Assembly (NCBI GenBank): GCA_963748215.1
Contig: CAVVHS010000008.1
Location: 64,001 to 128,000 of the forward strand
Direction: 5' to 3'
DNA length: 64,000 bases
From: an uncultured Gammaproteobacteria bacterium
GTDB lineage: Bacteria; Pseudomonadota; Gammaproteobacteria; UBA9214
In this document: positions 30,627 to 41,794 of the stretch, one piece after another
Layout: every line of letters begins with the position of its first letter
How positions within the stretch are numbered: position 1 is the first letter of the stretch
The notes under the pieces: generated by a model
The model's database searches: none
What the model was told of the DNA's origin: nothing
What the model saw: the letters and a program-made list of their open reading frames with translations, nothing else
Position numbers and translations under genes: made by a program

Positions 30627-31628
30627 ATGCTAAAATTAGTTAAAAAACAATCAAATGCATGCGATATCGCCGGCCTCAGGAGTGTCGTGACCGACGATCT
30701 GGAGCGGGTCAACGACCTTATCCGCGGCAGTCTCCACAGCGATGTGGCACTGATCAATCAGCTGTCGCACTATATTATCAACAGCGGCGGCAAGCGGCTG
30801 CGTCCCCTGCTGGTGCTGCTTTCCGCCAATGCCTGTGAATATACCGGCGACCAGCACATCAACCTGGCCGCCGTCATCGAATTCATCCATACGGCCACAT
30901 TATTGCATGATGACGTCGTGGATGCCTCCCAGTTGCGGCGCGGCAACATGACCGCAAATGCCCTCTGGGGCAACGAGGCCAGCGTCCTGGTGGGCGATTT
31001 CCTCTACTCCCGCGCCTTTGAAATGATGGTCGACGCGAATGACATGCGCATCATGGAAATCATGTCACATACGACCAACACCATTGCCGAAGGTGAGGTC
31101 CTGCAGTTGCTGAACTGCCGCGACGCGGACACCACCGAGCAGCGGTATATGGACGTTATCAGCCGCAAGACGGCTCGGCTGTTCGAGGCCGCCGCCCGCA
31201 TCGGCGCGGTACTGGGCCACCAGCCCGAGGACATGGAACAGGCACTGGCCGACTATGGCCTGCATCTGGGCATCGCTTTCCAGCTGATAGACGATGTACT
31301 CGATTACAGCGCCTCACCCGAGGATACCGGCAAAAACCTGGGCGACGACCTGGCCGAAGGCAAGCCGACCCTGCCGCTGATCCATGCCATTCACATGGGT
31401 ACCCCCAGCCAGACCAGGCTGATCCGCCGCGCCATCGAAAACGGCGGTCATGACAACATGCAGGCGGTGTGCGCAATTATTGAATCAACCGGTGCCATCC
31501 CCTACACTGCGCAGGCGGCGCAACGGGAAGCCGACCTTGCCATCGGGGCATTGACTGCCCTGCCGGAGTCAGCCTACAAGGACGCCCTGTACAGCCTCGC
31601 AGAATTCTCGGTCAACCGCAGGTACTAA
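30627..31628 (+). CDS. ispB: Octaprenyl diphosphate synthase
   Basis: [34 protein letters not shown]. Confidence 0.95.
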   Translation: MLKLVKKQSNACDIAGLRSVVTDDLERVNDLIRGSLHSDVALINQLSHYIINSGGKRLRPLLVLLSANACEYTGDQHINLAAVIEFIHTATLLHDDVVDASQLRRGNMTANALWGNEASVLVGDFLYSRAFEMMVDANDMRIMEIMSHTTNTIAEGEVLQLLNCRDADTTEQRYMDVISRKTARLFEAAARIGAVLGHQPEDMEQALADYGLHLGIAFQLIDDVLDYSASPEDTGKNLGDDLAEGKPTLPLIHAIHMGTPSQTRLIRRAIENGGHDNMQAVCAIIESTGAIPYTAQAAQREADLAIGALTALPESAYKDALYSLAEFSVNRRY

Positions 31629-31632
31629 AAAG

Positions 31633-31709
<77 letters not shown>

Positions 31710-31742
31710 TTCACCGTAGATAATCGTTTTGAGGCGACCCTC

Positions 31743-32510
31743 ATGACAAGAATAATCGCCATCTTGCTGGCCCTGTCGATTCCCGCCAGCGCTCTGTGCA
31801 GCGATATGCTGCCCGCCGAGGATGACGTGCCGCACACGACCCCGTCCGTCAGCAACGACACCGACAGCATCCCCCTGTTCGATGATGCCGAATTCCAGGA
31901 AGTCTACGACCCGCTCGAACCAGTCAATCGCGGCATATTCTGGTTCAACGACAAGATGTATTTCTATGCCCTGAAACCGGTCGCCAGGGGCTTGCGCTAC
32001 ACGCCGGAACCCCTGCGGATCTCGATCAAGAATTTCTTTCTCAACCTGCAGTCGCCGGTACGCATGGTCAACGCTGCGCTGCAGGGCAAGTTTGCCGTGG
32101 CCGGTAACGAACTGACCCGCTTCGCCACCAATACCACACTCGGAATCGGCGGCATGTTCGATCCTGCCAAGGAACATTTCGGTATCAGGATGCACGACGA
32201 GGATACCGGACAGACCCTGGGGGTCTACGGCGTAGGACCCGGACCCTACCTGGTACTGCCATTCCTCGGACCATCCAACTTGCGCGATGGCATCGGACAG
32301 ATTGGCGATTCCTGGCTTGACCTGACATTTCATATCTGGGGCAAGGACAAGGACAACTACGACTACATCGGCGCTCGCGTCGCCGATGCAGTGAACAGCC
32401 TGTCCCTGGACAAGGACACCTACGAAGGCGTTAAACGGGACGCGCTCGACCCGTACCTGTATCTGCGCGACGCCCACGCACAATATCGCAGGAACCAGAT
32501 CAAGAACTAG
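31743..32510 (+). CDS. mlaA: MlaA/VacJ family outer-membrane lipid asymmetry protein
   Basis: [31 protein letters not shown]. Confidence 0.92.
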   Translation: MTRIIAILLALSIPASALCSDMLPAEDDVPHTTPSVSNDTDSIPLFDDAEFQEVYDPLEPVNRGIFWFNDKMYFYALKPVARGLRYTPEPLRISIKNFFLNLQSPVRMVNAALQGKFAVAGNELTRFATNTTLGIGGMFDPAKEHFGIRMHDEDTGQTLGVYGVGPGPYLVLPFLGPSNLRDGIGQIGDSWLDLTFHIWGKDKDNYDYIGARVADAVNSLSLDKDTYEGVKRDALDPYLYLRDAHAQYRRNQIKN

Positions 32511-33331
32511 CCCGGATATTCGCCGTCTTCACGTTCGGCATCCTTGGTCCGCTGCCAGAATCGCTCCAGTGTCTCGAGTCCCGCACCGGCCACGTCCTGC
32601 CCCGCCGCCCGGCACAATGCCTCGACGTGTTGAAAGCGGCGCTCGAATTTCCGGTTACCGGCACGCAGCGCCGCCTCGGGATCGATACCGGCATGGCGCA
32701 ACAGATTGACGACCGCGAACAGCAAGTCACCTGATTCTTCCAACAAGGCCGCGCGATTGTCCCGCTGCCCGATCTCGGCGCGAAACTCGGCGAGCTCTTC
32801 GATTACCTTGTCCAGCACACCGCCGATGTCCGGCCAGTCGAATCCGGCGCGGGCCGCTTTCTGCTGCAATTTGTGCGCACGGGTCAGCGCCGGCAGTGCC
32901 AGCGGAATCCCCTCCAGCAAGCTGCCCGGTTCGCTTCGCTCCCTGCGCTTGTGCACTTCCCACGCCACGGTCTGGGCTTCGGCATCCTCGACAACGGCAT
33001 CGGCAAATACATGCGGATGGCGGCGCAGCATCTTGTCGACGATAGCGTCGACCACGGCCGGAAAATCAAACCAGCCGGCCTCGCTGGCTAGCCGGGCATG
33101 GAAAACGACCTGGAACAACAGGTCGCCGAGTTCGTCGCGCAGGGCTGCGGCATCGCCAGCCTCTATGGCGTCGACGACCTCGTAAGCCTCTTCGAGGGTG
33201 TACGGCGCTATGGAACGAAAATCCTGCTGCAGGTCCCACGGACATCCGCAGTCCGGATCACGCAACCGGTCCATGACGTCCAGCAATGCTGTTATGTTTT
33301 CCCGCTCAGCGGACTTGCTGACTGACATCAT
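32507..33331 (-). CDS. mazG: Nucleoside triphosphate pyrophosphohydrolase MazG
   Basis: [25 protein letters not shown]; tandem domains. Confidence 0.95.
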   Translation of the reverse strand: MMSVSKSAERENITALLDVMDRLRDPDCGCPWDLQQDFRSIAPYTLEEAYEVVDAIEAGDAAALRDELGDLLFQVVFHARLASEAGWFDFPAVVDAIVDKMLRRHPHVFADAVVEDAEAQTVAWEVHKRRERSEPGSLLEGIPLALPALTRAHKLQQKAARAGFDWPDIGGVLDKVIEELAEFRAEIGQRDNRAALLEESGDLLFAVVNLLRHAGIDPEAALRAGNRKFERRFQHVEALCRAAGQDVAGAGLETLERFWQRTKDAEREDGEYPG

Positions 33332-33459
33332 CTTCCTCCATGCGACACGCGAGGCAGTATAAGCCAGATGACGACCGCACGACGGAAGGATGGAAGGATG
33401 GGTCTGCAGGGCCGGTACGGTTTCGAGCTGCCGGCAGAAAGCGCTACGCCGGTGCTGGT

Positions 33460-34035
33460 TTACCAGCTGCGCTGCGGGCCCACGTCGACATGAATGAAAT
33501 CGGAACCCGGGTAATAACCGACCCCGCCTGCCTTGATCGACAGGGCGGCCGTATGCAGCTGCTTCAGATCGCAACCCGGCAAACGTATATCGATAGCCTT
33601 GCCCTGCATGTGGTAACTGCGCTTGGCGACGCCGGAACTCTTGTTGCGCAGCGTGGCATTCGTCGCGGGCGAGCGATAACCGGAGATAACCTCGAAGGCC
33701 TTGCGGCTGCCGACTGTTGATTGCAGCACGTACAGCAGGTCCAGCAGGTCGGTGTCAATCGGATGGATGTCACCGGAACGGTGATCGCGCAACAGGGTAT
33801 TGATATCCTGCAATTCGCTGTCGATAAAATCACCTTCGGCCCAATAGGTCGCAGCAAGATCTTCGCCGGTATGGGTATTGTGCAGGCTGAGCCTGCGTTC
33901 ATGCGCCGGTTTCGTGCCGGCAAACGCAGGGTGCACCAGCAGCGCGGTGCCGGCCAGGACTCCAATACGGAGAAAATCGCGTCGCTTGACTGACGCCAGC
34001 AACGCCTGGCGCGCTCGATCTTTTGACTCATACAT
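33460..34035 (-). CDS. YcbK/DUF882 peptidase M15 family protein with Tat signal
   Basis: RRDFL Tat motif; SGYRS, SYHMQGKAID, FIHVD. Confidence 0.93.
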   Translation of the reverse strand: MYESKDRARQALLASVKRRDFLRIGVLAGTALLVHPAFAGTKPAHERRLSLHNTHTGEDLAATYWAEGDFIDSELQDINTLLRDHRSGDIHPIDTDLLDLLYVLQSTVGSRKAFEVISGYRSPATNATLRNKSSGVAKRSYHMQGKAIDIRLPGCDLKQLHTAALSIKAGGVGYYPGSDFIHVDVGPQRSW

Positions 34036-34312
34036 ACCACTGACTCCTGCCCTAAATCAATGATAACTAGCTGTATTCAAAAGATATTATTATCGCCAGT
34101 AAAATTAGTGGATGATTATACACCAATTAACCGACAAGTAAATACCCTACTCTCTGCAAGTATTCATCCGTCATGCAAATGGTCGGGATGGAAACAGCCT
34201 CAAGACCCACAGGCTGCCATGTAGCCGGTCGGGTAACTGTGATGAGCATCACAGCCGACACGGCATTCCGGGCCACGCGTAAGCTGGCCCGGCATTTCAA
34301 CTGTCGATGCAA

Positions 34313-34771
34313 TCAATGCCTGGCGCCGCTGCGCAACGCAGAAATCACACGGTCTTCGTAATGAATGCGATCGGCTATGCACTCGCCCAGATTCGACAGG
34401 TCCATGGCCAGGAATTCGACACTGTTATCGAGCGACATCGCTTCATACTTGTCGTTGAAGCGCAGAATCGTATCCGTAGTCTCGACGATTTTCGGATAAA
34501 GCTCGTCGGCGATGGCCAGGACGGCCTTGCGACGCTCGCAGTTGTCCGCGAGATAGCGATAGAGCTGAAAGTGAGCACTCGCGGTATAGTCGATCAGTGC
34601 CTCACAAAACCGGCGCAGCGCCTTTTCCATGGAATTGTCCGGATGAAACGGCTGCCTGCCGGCCAGATCGGTCAGCAACGACAGTGTCTCGTTCCTTGCG
34701 CTCACCAGCGCAGCGAGGTTGTCACTTGAACGCTGCCGCCGATCAACGCCACCGGGGATTTGTGAACCCAT
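34313..34771 (-). CDS. Rsd/AlgQ anti-sigma-70 family regulator
   Basis: FCEALIDYTASAHFQLY, RFNDKY, EDRVI. Confidence 0.85.
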   Translation of the reverse strand: MGSQIPGGVDRRQRSSDNLAALVSARNETLSLLTDLAGRQPFHPDNSMEKALRRFCEALIDYTASAHFQLYRYLADNCERRKAVLAIADELYPKIVETTDTILRFNDKYEAMSLDNSVEFLAMDLSNLGECIADRIHYEDRVISALRSGARH

Positions 34772-35080
34772 ATATCGCTCCTGACTAGTTGATTTTTATA
34801 CTATATTTGACAATTCTTTGTACCCGCCCGGGCTCGCGGCAATCTCGGAACTTTACCCGCCAGGCAAGACACCATATCACCCTTTTCACGTGCACTTTAC
34901 CAACAAGCCAATGTAAATCAAACAGTTTTCTGGCAGTTTAGCGGGTGTTGAGTGAGGTCCACAGCGGACATCACCACCCATTCTGGTCGCTGACATATAT
35001 CCCCTTGAGGATAGAGGGATTAATATTTGCTTGTATTTCAATCCGTTAATTGATATCAGGCTGCCGAAACAACAACCCGA

Positions 35081-35105
35081 ATTCTTGACTAAAAGACTCG
35101 GTCAT
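35081..35105 (+). promoter_or_regulatory. IscR type-1-like operator
   Basis: ATTCTTGACTAAAAGACTCGGTCAT resembles ATASYYGACTRWWWYAGTCRRSTAT and lies upstream of the iscR-like gene. Confidence 0.6.
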
Positions 35106-35227
35106 TACATCATTCATATATCTGCTAAGCGGACACTATTTAACAATCCGCTTCCGCCGCCTGATAATGAATACGGTTCAGGCGTGGCGGGTATACACAA
35201 GCTGTGCCGTATTCACCGAGGTTAGTC

Positions 35228-35659
35228 ATGAAGTTATCTACCAAAGGCCGCCACGCCGTCACGGCAATGATGGAACTTGCTCTGCAACACGACAAGGGTC
35301 CCGTGACGCTTGCCGACATTTCCGCGCAGCAGTCCATTTCCATCTCCTATCTCGAGCAACTTTTCGCGCGATTGCGCCAGCACGGACTGGTGACGGGCAT
35401 GCGCGGACCTGGCGGCGGTTATTGCCTGGCACGGCCCGCCAATGAAATCACCGTTGCGAACATCCTTGCAACCGTTGACGACGTCACTCGCCGCGAGGAA
35501 ACCGCAAACACCGCGGGCGCCCAGATGTGGCTGCACCTGAGTAACAGGATCTACGACTACCTCGACAGCATCACGCTGGAGGAAGCGGTTGCATCGCACC
35601 AGAAAGATTCGAAGCAGGAACCACTGTTCGGCTCGAGGGCCCAGCAGAGCGCTGCCTGA
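35228..35659 (+). CDS. iscR: IscR-like Rrf2 regulator lacking the Cys-rich Fe-S segment
   Basis: MKLSTKGRHAVTAM, ISISYLEQLFARLR, RGPGGGY; upstream of iscU. Confidence 0.85.
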   Translation: MKLSTKGRHAVTAMMELALQHDKGPVTLADISAQQSISISYLEQLFARLRQHGLVTGMRGPGGGYCLARPANEITVANILATVDDVTRREETANTAGAQMWLHLSNRIYDYLDSITLEEAVASHQKDSKQEPLFGSRAQQSAA

Positions 35660-35712
35660 TTAATACCCCTGATTGTTGACTGTATCAATGCTTAATATTT
35701 GGAGAAACCGAA

Positions 35713-36099
35713 ATGGCATATAGTGAAAAAGTACTGGACCACTACGAGAACCCGCGAAATGTCGGCACATTCGACAAGGGTGACAAGCAGGTTGGTACTG
35801 GCATGGTCGGCGCACCGGCCTGTGGCGATGTCATGCGTCTTCAGATCAAGGTCAGCGACCAGGGTATTATCGAGGATGCGCGCTTCAAGACCTACGGCTG
35901 CGGCTCCGCCATTGCATCCAGCTCACTGCTGACTGAATGGGTCAAGGGAAAGTCGCTTGATGAAGCCCGTGCAATAAAGAACACGGATATCGCAACAGAG
36001 CTCGCCTTGCCGCCGGTCAAGATCCATTGCTCGGTGCTGGCCGAAGATGCCATCAAGGCTGCCATCGAGGACTACCAGGGCAAAACGGGGCGTGCATAG
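35713..36099 (+). CDS. iscU: Fe-S cluster scaffold IscU
   Basis: GAPACGD, YGCGSA, LPPVKIHC. Confidence 0.97.
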   Translation: MAYSEKVLDHYENPRNVGTFDKGDKQVGTGMVGAPACGDVMRLQIKVSDQGIIEDARFKTYGCGSAIASSSLLTEWVKGKSLDEARAIKNTDIATELALPPVKIHCSVLAEDAIKAAIEDYQGKTGRA

Positions 36100-36127
36100 C
36101 ACCGGTTAGCCACGCGCGATTGAAGTC

Positions 36128-36153
36128 CAGACGGGGCCTGCGGGCCCCGTTTG
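36128..36153 (+). terminator. Intrinsic terminator after iscU
   Basis: ACGGGGCC-TGCG-GGCCCCGT followed by TTGT. Confidence 0.65.
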
Positions 36154-36350
36154 TATGTCTGCAGGTATACTGACGGACATGAATGCATAGGCACTCGCTA
36201 CCGGATCCCACGGGTTTCCTGGCACCCACCATCCTGCCCGGCATCACGAAAGGGCAGCACCGACGTGGGCAACCATGGCCGTCAGTGGCGCAACGCCGGG
36301 TGCAAATGCCCGCGCCGACAGCGTACAACCGCGCTGATATACTTCGCACC

Positions 36351-37199
36351 ATGAGCAACCAGGCCAGCCACGACACCCTTACCCGCCTGTATCCGGCGCC
36401 GCATGAAAACCTGCCACTCGAAGGCCTCTATCTTAACCACCTGCTGCATATCCGCGGGCTGGATGATGCGCCTTATGTCTACAGCAATTTCATCAGCTCG
36501 CTGGATGGCCGTATTGCCGTGGGCGAGAGCGGACGCACCACGCACATCGTCCCGGCGGCAATCACCAACCCACGTGACTGGCGCCTGTACCAGGAACTGG
36601 CCGGACAGGCTGACATCCTGATCACCAGTGGCCGTTTTTTCCGGCAAAGCAGCGTCGGCGAGGCGCAGGATATCCTGCCGGTCGGTGGAGAGCCGGCATT
36701 TGCCGACATTCGCCGCTGGCGCATTGAACAGGGCCTGCAGGCACAACCCGATATCGCCATCATGAGCGGCAGCCTGGACATTCCACCCGACGCCCTGCGG
36801 CCCTACCGGAATCGCAGGTTGATAGTCGTAACCGGTGCGGACGCAGACGATAAAAAGGCGGGGATCCTGCTGGACAACGGCGTTGAAGTCATCCGTGCAG
36901 GCTCGGGTCGGCAGGTGGAAGGCAGGGCGATGGTGGATCGACTGGCTGCGGCCGGCTACCGCAGCCTATACGCCATCGCCGGACCGGCCGTATTCGGCAC
37001 GCTGTTACAGGCAAGGGTGGTAGACCGCCTGTATCTGACATTCGCCTGCACCTTGCTGGGTGGATATGTATTCGACACGCTGACCCGCGGCGAGCCACTG
37101 GTACCGGCTCTGGGCATGCAGCTGGCGAGTCTCTACCACGACATTCATGCGCCGGCCGGTGCCGGCCAGCTATTCGCGATGTTCGAACCGGGCAACTAA
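36351..37199 (+). CDS. RibD C-terminal/dihydrofolate reductase-like pyrimidine reductase family protein
   Basis: PYVYSNFISSLDGRIA, VDRLYLT. Confidence 0.82.
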   Translation: MSNQASHDTLTRLYPAPHENLPLEGLYLNHLLHIRGLDDAPYVYSNFISSLDGRIAVGESGRTTHIVPAAITNPRDWRLYQELAGQADILITSGRFFRQSSVGEAQDILPVGGEPAFADIRRWRIEQGLQAQPDIAIMSGSLDIPPDALRPYRNRRLIVVTGADADDKKAGILLDNGVEVIRAGSGRQVEGRAMVDRLAAAGYRSLYAIAGPAVFGTLLQARVVDRLYLTFACTLLGGYVFDTLTRGEPLVPALGMQLASLYHDIHAPAGAGQLFAMFEPGN

Positions 37200-37223
37200 A
37201 CGGCTCACATGCTCCACGCAGCG

Positions 37224-37643
37224 CTAGCGCTCAAGACAGGCATTTACCGCCCGCCGTATCTTGCCGAGCGGCACCGCATCACCCCGGTCGATACCCTCGC
37301 AGCGGCGCCCTTCACCGTACCAGGCACGCCGGTTGCCGGCAATTTCCGGCCAGAATGGATAGGTCCTGCATTGTACGGGGCGCACCGCATAGATACCGCA
37401 GCGCCCCTGCGCATCTAGAAAAATGCAACGATCGCCGGCACCCGCCGCCAGCACCAGCTGCCCGTCTTCGAGCCGGCGCAAATACCTGCGCCGGAACCAG
37501 GAACCCGACAGGCCTAGCTGCAGCCGGATCTGTTCCGCCTCCTGCGCGCCCAGAAACACGAAATAATCACCGGGTGTCTCGCAGCAACGACCGCAGCGGG
37601 TGCAGGAAAAATGCAGGACATGGGTTTCGAAAAACGGTTTCAC
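37224..37643 (-). CDS. YkgJ-family cysteine-cluster protein
   Basis: CTRCGRCC, CIFL, CGIYAVRPVQCRTYPFW. Confidence 0.9.
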   Translation of the reverse strand: MKPFFETHVLHFSCTRCGRCCETPGDYFVFLGAQEAEQIRLQLGLSGSWFRRRYLRRLEDGQLVLAAGAGDRCIFLDAQGRCGIYAVRPVQCRTYPFWPEIAGNRRAWYGEGRRCEGIDRGDAVPLGKIRRAVNACLER

Positions 37644-37822
37644 GACGGCAAGCTCCGGCTGGCAGGTATCGGCATCACGGCAGGCATATCACCTCGTGAC
37701 AGACAGCGTCTCTGCCCCTTTTACATCGATCGGCTGGCGCCAGCAACCCTGCCTCACAGTCAGCGGTTATGGTATGGTCGAAGCGTGTTGTTTCCTGCAT
37801 CCTGTCAGCCACAGGCACTCAC

Positions 37823-38371
37823 ATGATCTATTGCAGCAACTGTGGCCAGCCACTGGTTGAAAAAGTCCCTGAAGGCGATTCACGCACACGACATGTCTGC
37901 GAGGCGTGCGATATCGTTCACTACCAGAATCCAAAGATTGTCGCCGGCTGCCTGCCCGAGTGGAACGGCCGCCTGCTGCTGTGCCGGCGTGCTATCGAGC
38001 CCCGCTATGGCCTGTGGACACTCCCTGCCGGCTTCATGGAAAACGGCGAATCGACCGAACAGGCCGCGGCGCGCGAAACACTCGAGGAAGCCTGCGCACG
38101 GGTAGTCGACCTGAAACTGTACGGCGTCTTCAGCATTCCGCATATCAGCCAGGTCTACATGATGTTCCGTGCACAGCTGGAATCGGAAGTCTTCGGTCCG
38201 GGTGACGAGAGCCTGGAAGTGAAGCTGTTCGAGGAACACGAGATCCCCTGGGAGGCGCTGGCATTTCCGGTTGTCAAGCGTACACTTGAACGGTACTACA
38301 GCGACATCAGGAACAAGCATTTCCCGGTTTATGTGGAAAATATCATACGTCACCCGCCCCGCCCGCGGTGA
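37823..38371 (+). CDS. NUDIX hydrolase with N-terminal zinc ribbon
   Basis: CSNCG...CEAC; Nudix box GFMENGESTEQAAARETLEEA. Confidence 0.93.
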   Translation: MIYCSNCGQPLVEKVPEGDSRTRHVCEACDIVHYQNPKIVAGCLPEWNGRLLLCRRAIEPRYGLWTLPAGFMENGESTEQAAARETLEEACARVVDLKLYGVFSIPHISQVYMMFRAQLESEVFGPGDESLEVKLFEEHEIPWEALAFPVVKRTLERYYSDIRNKHFPVYVENIIRHPPRPR

Positions 38372-38396
38372 GCGGCTTTGACCACTGGAGACTGTC

Positions 38397-38975
38397 ATGA
38401 AAACGAATGCCGTTGTGTTGTTGTTTCTTGGGCTGCTGACTGCCTGGGTTCCGGCCGTTGCGAAGAACATCGGGGATGTGGCGATACCAGACACCCTTGC
38501 CCTGCCCAACAGCGAGCATGCACTGTCACTGAACGGGGCGGGAATCCGCAAGAAATTCTTCATGGATATCTACATTGGTGCCCTGTACCTGCCAGCCGTA
38601 ACGACGGACAGCAAGGCTATCCTGGCCGACTCGGGTGCCGCCAGCGTGCTGATGCATTTCGTCTACAAGGAAGTCAGCAAGGACAAGATTGTCGACGGCT
38701 GGAATGACGGTCTCCGGGAGAACCTCAGCTCGACGGAATTCCAGGCATTGTCCGGTAAACTGGAAAAATTCAATGCCCTGTTCAAGGCTGTCCGAAATGG
38801 CGATACCATACGCATCGACTACAACCCCGCCATCGGCACGGAAGTACGCATCAATGATGAATGGCGCGGTTCAGTCGAGGGCAATGACTTCTTTCGTGCC
38901 CTGCTGAAGATCTGGATCGGCGAACATCCGGTCAGCAGTTCCCTGAAAAAAGGGATGCTCGGCATACAGGACTAG
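38397..38975 (+). CDS. Chalcone isomerase-like family periplasmic protein
   Basis: Signal peptide; LNGAGIRKKFFMDIY, LLKIWIG. Confidence 0.88.
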   Translation: MKTNAVVLLFLGLLTAWVPAVAKNIGDVAIPDTLALPNSEHALSLNGAGIRKKFFMDIYIGALYLPAVTTDSKAILADSGAASVLMHFVYKEVSKDKIVDGWNDGLRENLSSTEFQALSGKLEKFNALFKAVRNGDTIRIDYNPAIGTEVRINDEWRGSVEGNDFFRALLKIWIGEHPVSSSLKKGMLGIQD

Positions 38976-38990
38976 CGCCATAGCCGGACC

Positions 38991-39947
38991 ATGCGCGGTG
39001 TTTTTCTCGATAACCACACGCTGACCGACGGCGACCTTTCCCTGGACGGGCTACGCGTCGTACTTGACGAGTTGACGTTATGTGGCAAGACAGCGCCCGC
39101 GGACGTGGCCGAAGCTATCCAGGGTGCCGCCGTCGTCATCACCAACAAAGTGGTACTCGACAGCGCGACACTGGAGTCAGCTCCCGCGCTAAGGCTCGTT
39201 TGTGTGGCCGCAACCGGCACGAACAATATCGACATGACCGCAACTGCGCGACTGGGTATCACGGTGTGTAACGTACGCGCCTACGCAACCGCATCGGTGG
39301 TCGAACACGTCTTCATGGTGATACTGGCGCTGACGCGGCGCCTGCAGTCACACCTGCAGGCCGTCAGGGAGGGCGACTGGAGCCGTGCAGACCGTTTCAG
39401 CCTGCTCGATTTCCCGTTCCGCGGACTCGCCGGGCGCACGCTGGGCATCATCGGCTATGGCGAACTCGGCCAGGCCGTGGCCGTGGCAGCCGGCGCTTTC
39501 GGTATGCAGGTACTGGTTGCACAACGTCCGGGGTCTGTCGTACAGGCGGGGCGTGTTGCAGTAACGGAGTTACTCGCCCGTTCGAATATTGTCAGCCTCC
39601 ACTGTCCGCTCACGGAACAGACCCGCAATCTCATCACAGCGAAAGAGTTCGACTGCATGCGGCACGACGCCATCCTGGTCAACACTGCGCGCGGCGGTAT
39701 CGTCAGCGAGGCCGATCTCGCGACAGCATTACGGGACGGAAGGATCGGCGGCGCCGCTGTCGATGTGCTGTCCGAAGAACCGCCTGTCAACGGCAACCCG
39801 CTGCTGGACACAGCCCTGCCGAACCTGATCGTCACGCCCCATATCGCCTGGGCGAGCATCCAGTCACGGCAAAACCTGGTCGACGCGCTGGCTGCCAACA
39901 TCCGCGCCTTCCGGCAGGGCAAGCCAGTCAATGTCGTATCGGCATGA
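38991..39947 (+). CDS. D-2-hydroxyacid dehydrogenase (glycerate dehydrogenase-like)
   Basis: ATGTNNID, GYGELG, HCPL, NTARG, TPHIAW. Confidence 0.92.
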   Translation: MRGVFLDNHTLTDGDLSLDGLRVVLDELTLCGKTAPADVAEAIQGAAVVITNKVVLDSATLESAPALRLVCVAATGTNNIDMTATARLGITVCNVRAYATASVVEHVFMVILALTRRLQSHLQAVREGDWSRADRFSLLDFPFRGLAGRTLGIIGYGELGQAVAVAAGAFGMQVLVAQRPGSVVQAGRVAVTELLARSNIVSLHCPLTEQTRNLITAKEFDCMRHDAILVNTARGGIVSEADLATALRDGRIGGAAVDVLSEEPPVNGNPLLDTALPNLIVTPHIAWASIQSRQNLVDALAANIRAFRQGKPVNVVSA

Positions 39948-39963
39948 GCATTCCCCGTCCGGC

Positions 39964-40689
39964 ATGACACTCACGCCCGGCGATATCGCCGCCAGTCTGG
40001 CGGACATCAGATCGCGAATCGGCTCTGCCGCCGCCAGGGCTGGCCGCAACCCGAAGGATATCCGCCTGATCGCGGTCTCCAAGCGCGTGCCGGCGAAATA
40101 TGTCCGCATGGCCATGGCCGCGGGGCAATTCTGCTTCGGCGAAAACACCGTGCAGGATGCGCAGACCAAGCAGGCGGTGATTGATGATCCGCGCACCGAG
40201 TGGCATTTCATCGGCCACCTGCAGACCAACAAGGCGAAGGCGATACCCGGGAGATTCGCCTGGCTGCATACGCTCGACACCCTGAAGCTGGCGAAACACC
40301 TGTCCGGTGCAGCGCTGGATGCGGGTCAAATGGTCAATGTGCTGTTACAGATCAATGTGGCGAATGACCCCGCCAAGTTCGGCCTGCCGGCCAGGCAGGT
40401 AATACCCTTCGTCGACAAGCTGCTGGAGTCGGAGCTGGCCGGTATCCGCCTGCGCGGCTTGATGACCATCGGGCGGCGGGACGCGGCGCCGGACGCACGC
40501 CAAACGGAGTTCGCCGCCCTGCGCGAACTCGCACACTGTTGCGCCGGGCGCTTCGGGAACACGCTGTTCGGCGAACTGTCCATGGGCATGAGTGAGGATT
40601 TCGAGCTGGCCATCGCCGAGGGCGCAACCATGGTCCGCGTCGGCAGTTCCATTTTCGGCGCGCGCGACCCAGCCGGCCCCGGCGCATGA
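39964..40689 (+). CDS. yggS: YggS-family PLP homeostasis protein
   Basis: AVSK, FGEN, WHFIGHLQTNK, LSMGMS, VRVGS. Confidence 0.93.
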   Translation: MTLTPGDIAASLADIRSRIGSAAARAGRNPKDIRLIAVSKRVPAKYVRMAMAAGQFCFGENTVQDAQTKQAVIDDPRTEWHFIGHLQTNKAKAIPGRFAWLHTLDTLKLAKHLSGAALDAGQMVNVLLQINVANDPAKFGLPARQVIPFVDKLLESELAGIRLRGLMTIGRRDAAPDARQTEFAALRELAHCCAGRFGNTLFGELSMGMSEDFELAIAEGATMVRVGSSIFGARDPAGPGA

Positions 40690-40835
40690 TGATGGAAATC
40701 GCATGCTGTTGTTAACAAACATCTTCGTCCAGGAAGGCCCCGACAGATAGCGACAGCAAGCTGTTCATCAATGCGCCCCAATCCAGTACAATGCGCCGGG
40801 TATTCACCGGAACACCACCGCGCGGGGGATTTTCA

Positions 40836-41333
40836 ATGGTAACGCTGGACGGCCAAACATCATTCTGGGCGATCGGGATACTGAGCTTTTTGATTGGTAT
40901 TGCACTGGGCTGGATTATTACCTACACGCTCGTCGTCCGGCATGGCCGCACCCACCAGCTGCAGTTGGAACTCGACCAGCTGAAAGACAATTTCAGGGAT
41001 TACCGCGACCAGGTCACGCACCATTTCATGCGCACCTCCGAGCTGGTGCAGGAAATGACCCAGAGTTACCGCTCGGTCTACGAACACCTCGCATCGGGGG
41101 CCCAGCACCTGTGCGGCGACCCCGAACTCGCAGCACTCAATCACCGACCGGCAAAGCCGCTGGCTGCCGGGGACGTCCCTGAAGCTCAGCCGGGTGACGA
41201 CTATGAATACGACGAGTATGCCGAGCTGTCGCGTATTCGTGATGACATAGACGAACTGCTGGGCGAAGCCCCGCGCATTTCCGACATGGATATGGACGCC
41301 GAGGACAGCGGCAACAAGCCCCTGCAGCACTAG
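40836..41333 (+). CDS. YhcB/ZapG (DUF1043) family membrane protein
   Basis: N-terminal TM segment, coiled coil, YRDQVTHHF...SY..VYEHLA. Confidence 0.85.
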   Translation: MVTLDGQTSFWAIGILSFLIGIALGWIITYTLVVRHGRTHQLQLELDQLKDNFRDYRDQVTHHFMRTSELVQEMTQSYRSVYEHLASGAQHLCGDPELAALNHRPAKPLAAGDVPEAQPGDDYEYDEYAELSRIRDDIDELLGEAPRISDMDMDAEDSGNKPLQH

Positions 41334-41336
41334 CCT

Positions 41337-41364
41337 GCATTTCTCACCACCCGGTGAGAAATGC
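41337..41364. terminator. Perfect 12-bp stem hairpin between convergent genes
   Basis: GCATTTCTCACC-ACCC-GGTGAGAAATGC. Confidence 0.55.
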
Positions 41365-41377
41365 GGACTGGCCCCGT

Positions 41378-41794
41378 TCAGTCACCGCTGACGGTCACGG
41401 TGATATCGCGCCGGTGTCCTGCCGCACGATGTTCCCATAAATAGATACCCTGCCAGGTACCGAGCTGACAGCGGCCGGATCCGACCGGGATGGTCAGGTC
41501 GGTATGTGTCAGCAGGCTGCGCACGTGCGCCGGCATGTCATCCGGCCCTTCCAGGGTATGCACAAACAGTGGATCACCGTCCGGTACCAGCCGTGACATG
41601 AACCGATCCATGTCCGCGCGCACGTCCGGATCGGCATTCTCGCAGATCACCAGCGACGCACTGGTATGCTGCAGAAACAGGTGGCAGAGCCCGGTCCCGA
41701 TCTGTGACTTCAGCACCAGTTCCTGCACCCTGTCCGTGATGTCGTAACTGCCCCGGCCGCGGGTGCCCACCTGCAGTGTAGCCTGATAGATCAC
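41378..41794 (-). CDS. yjbQ: YjbQ (UPF0047) family protein
   Basis: HTSASL, ENADP, DDMPAH, GTWQGIYLWEH. Confidence 0.93.
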   Translation of the reverse strand: MIYQATLQVGTRGRGSYDITDRVQELVLKSQIGTGLCHLFLQHTSASLVICENADPDVRADMDRFMSRLVPDGDPLFVHTLEGPDDMPAHVRSLLTHTDLTIPVGSGRCQLGTWQGIYLWEHRAAGHRRDITVTVSGD

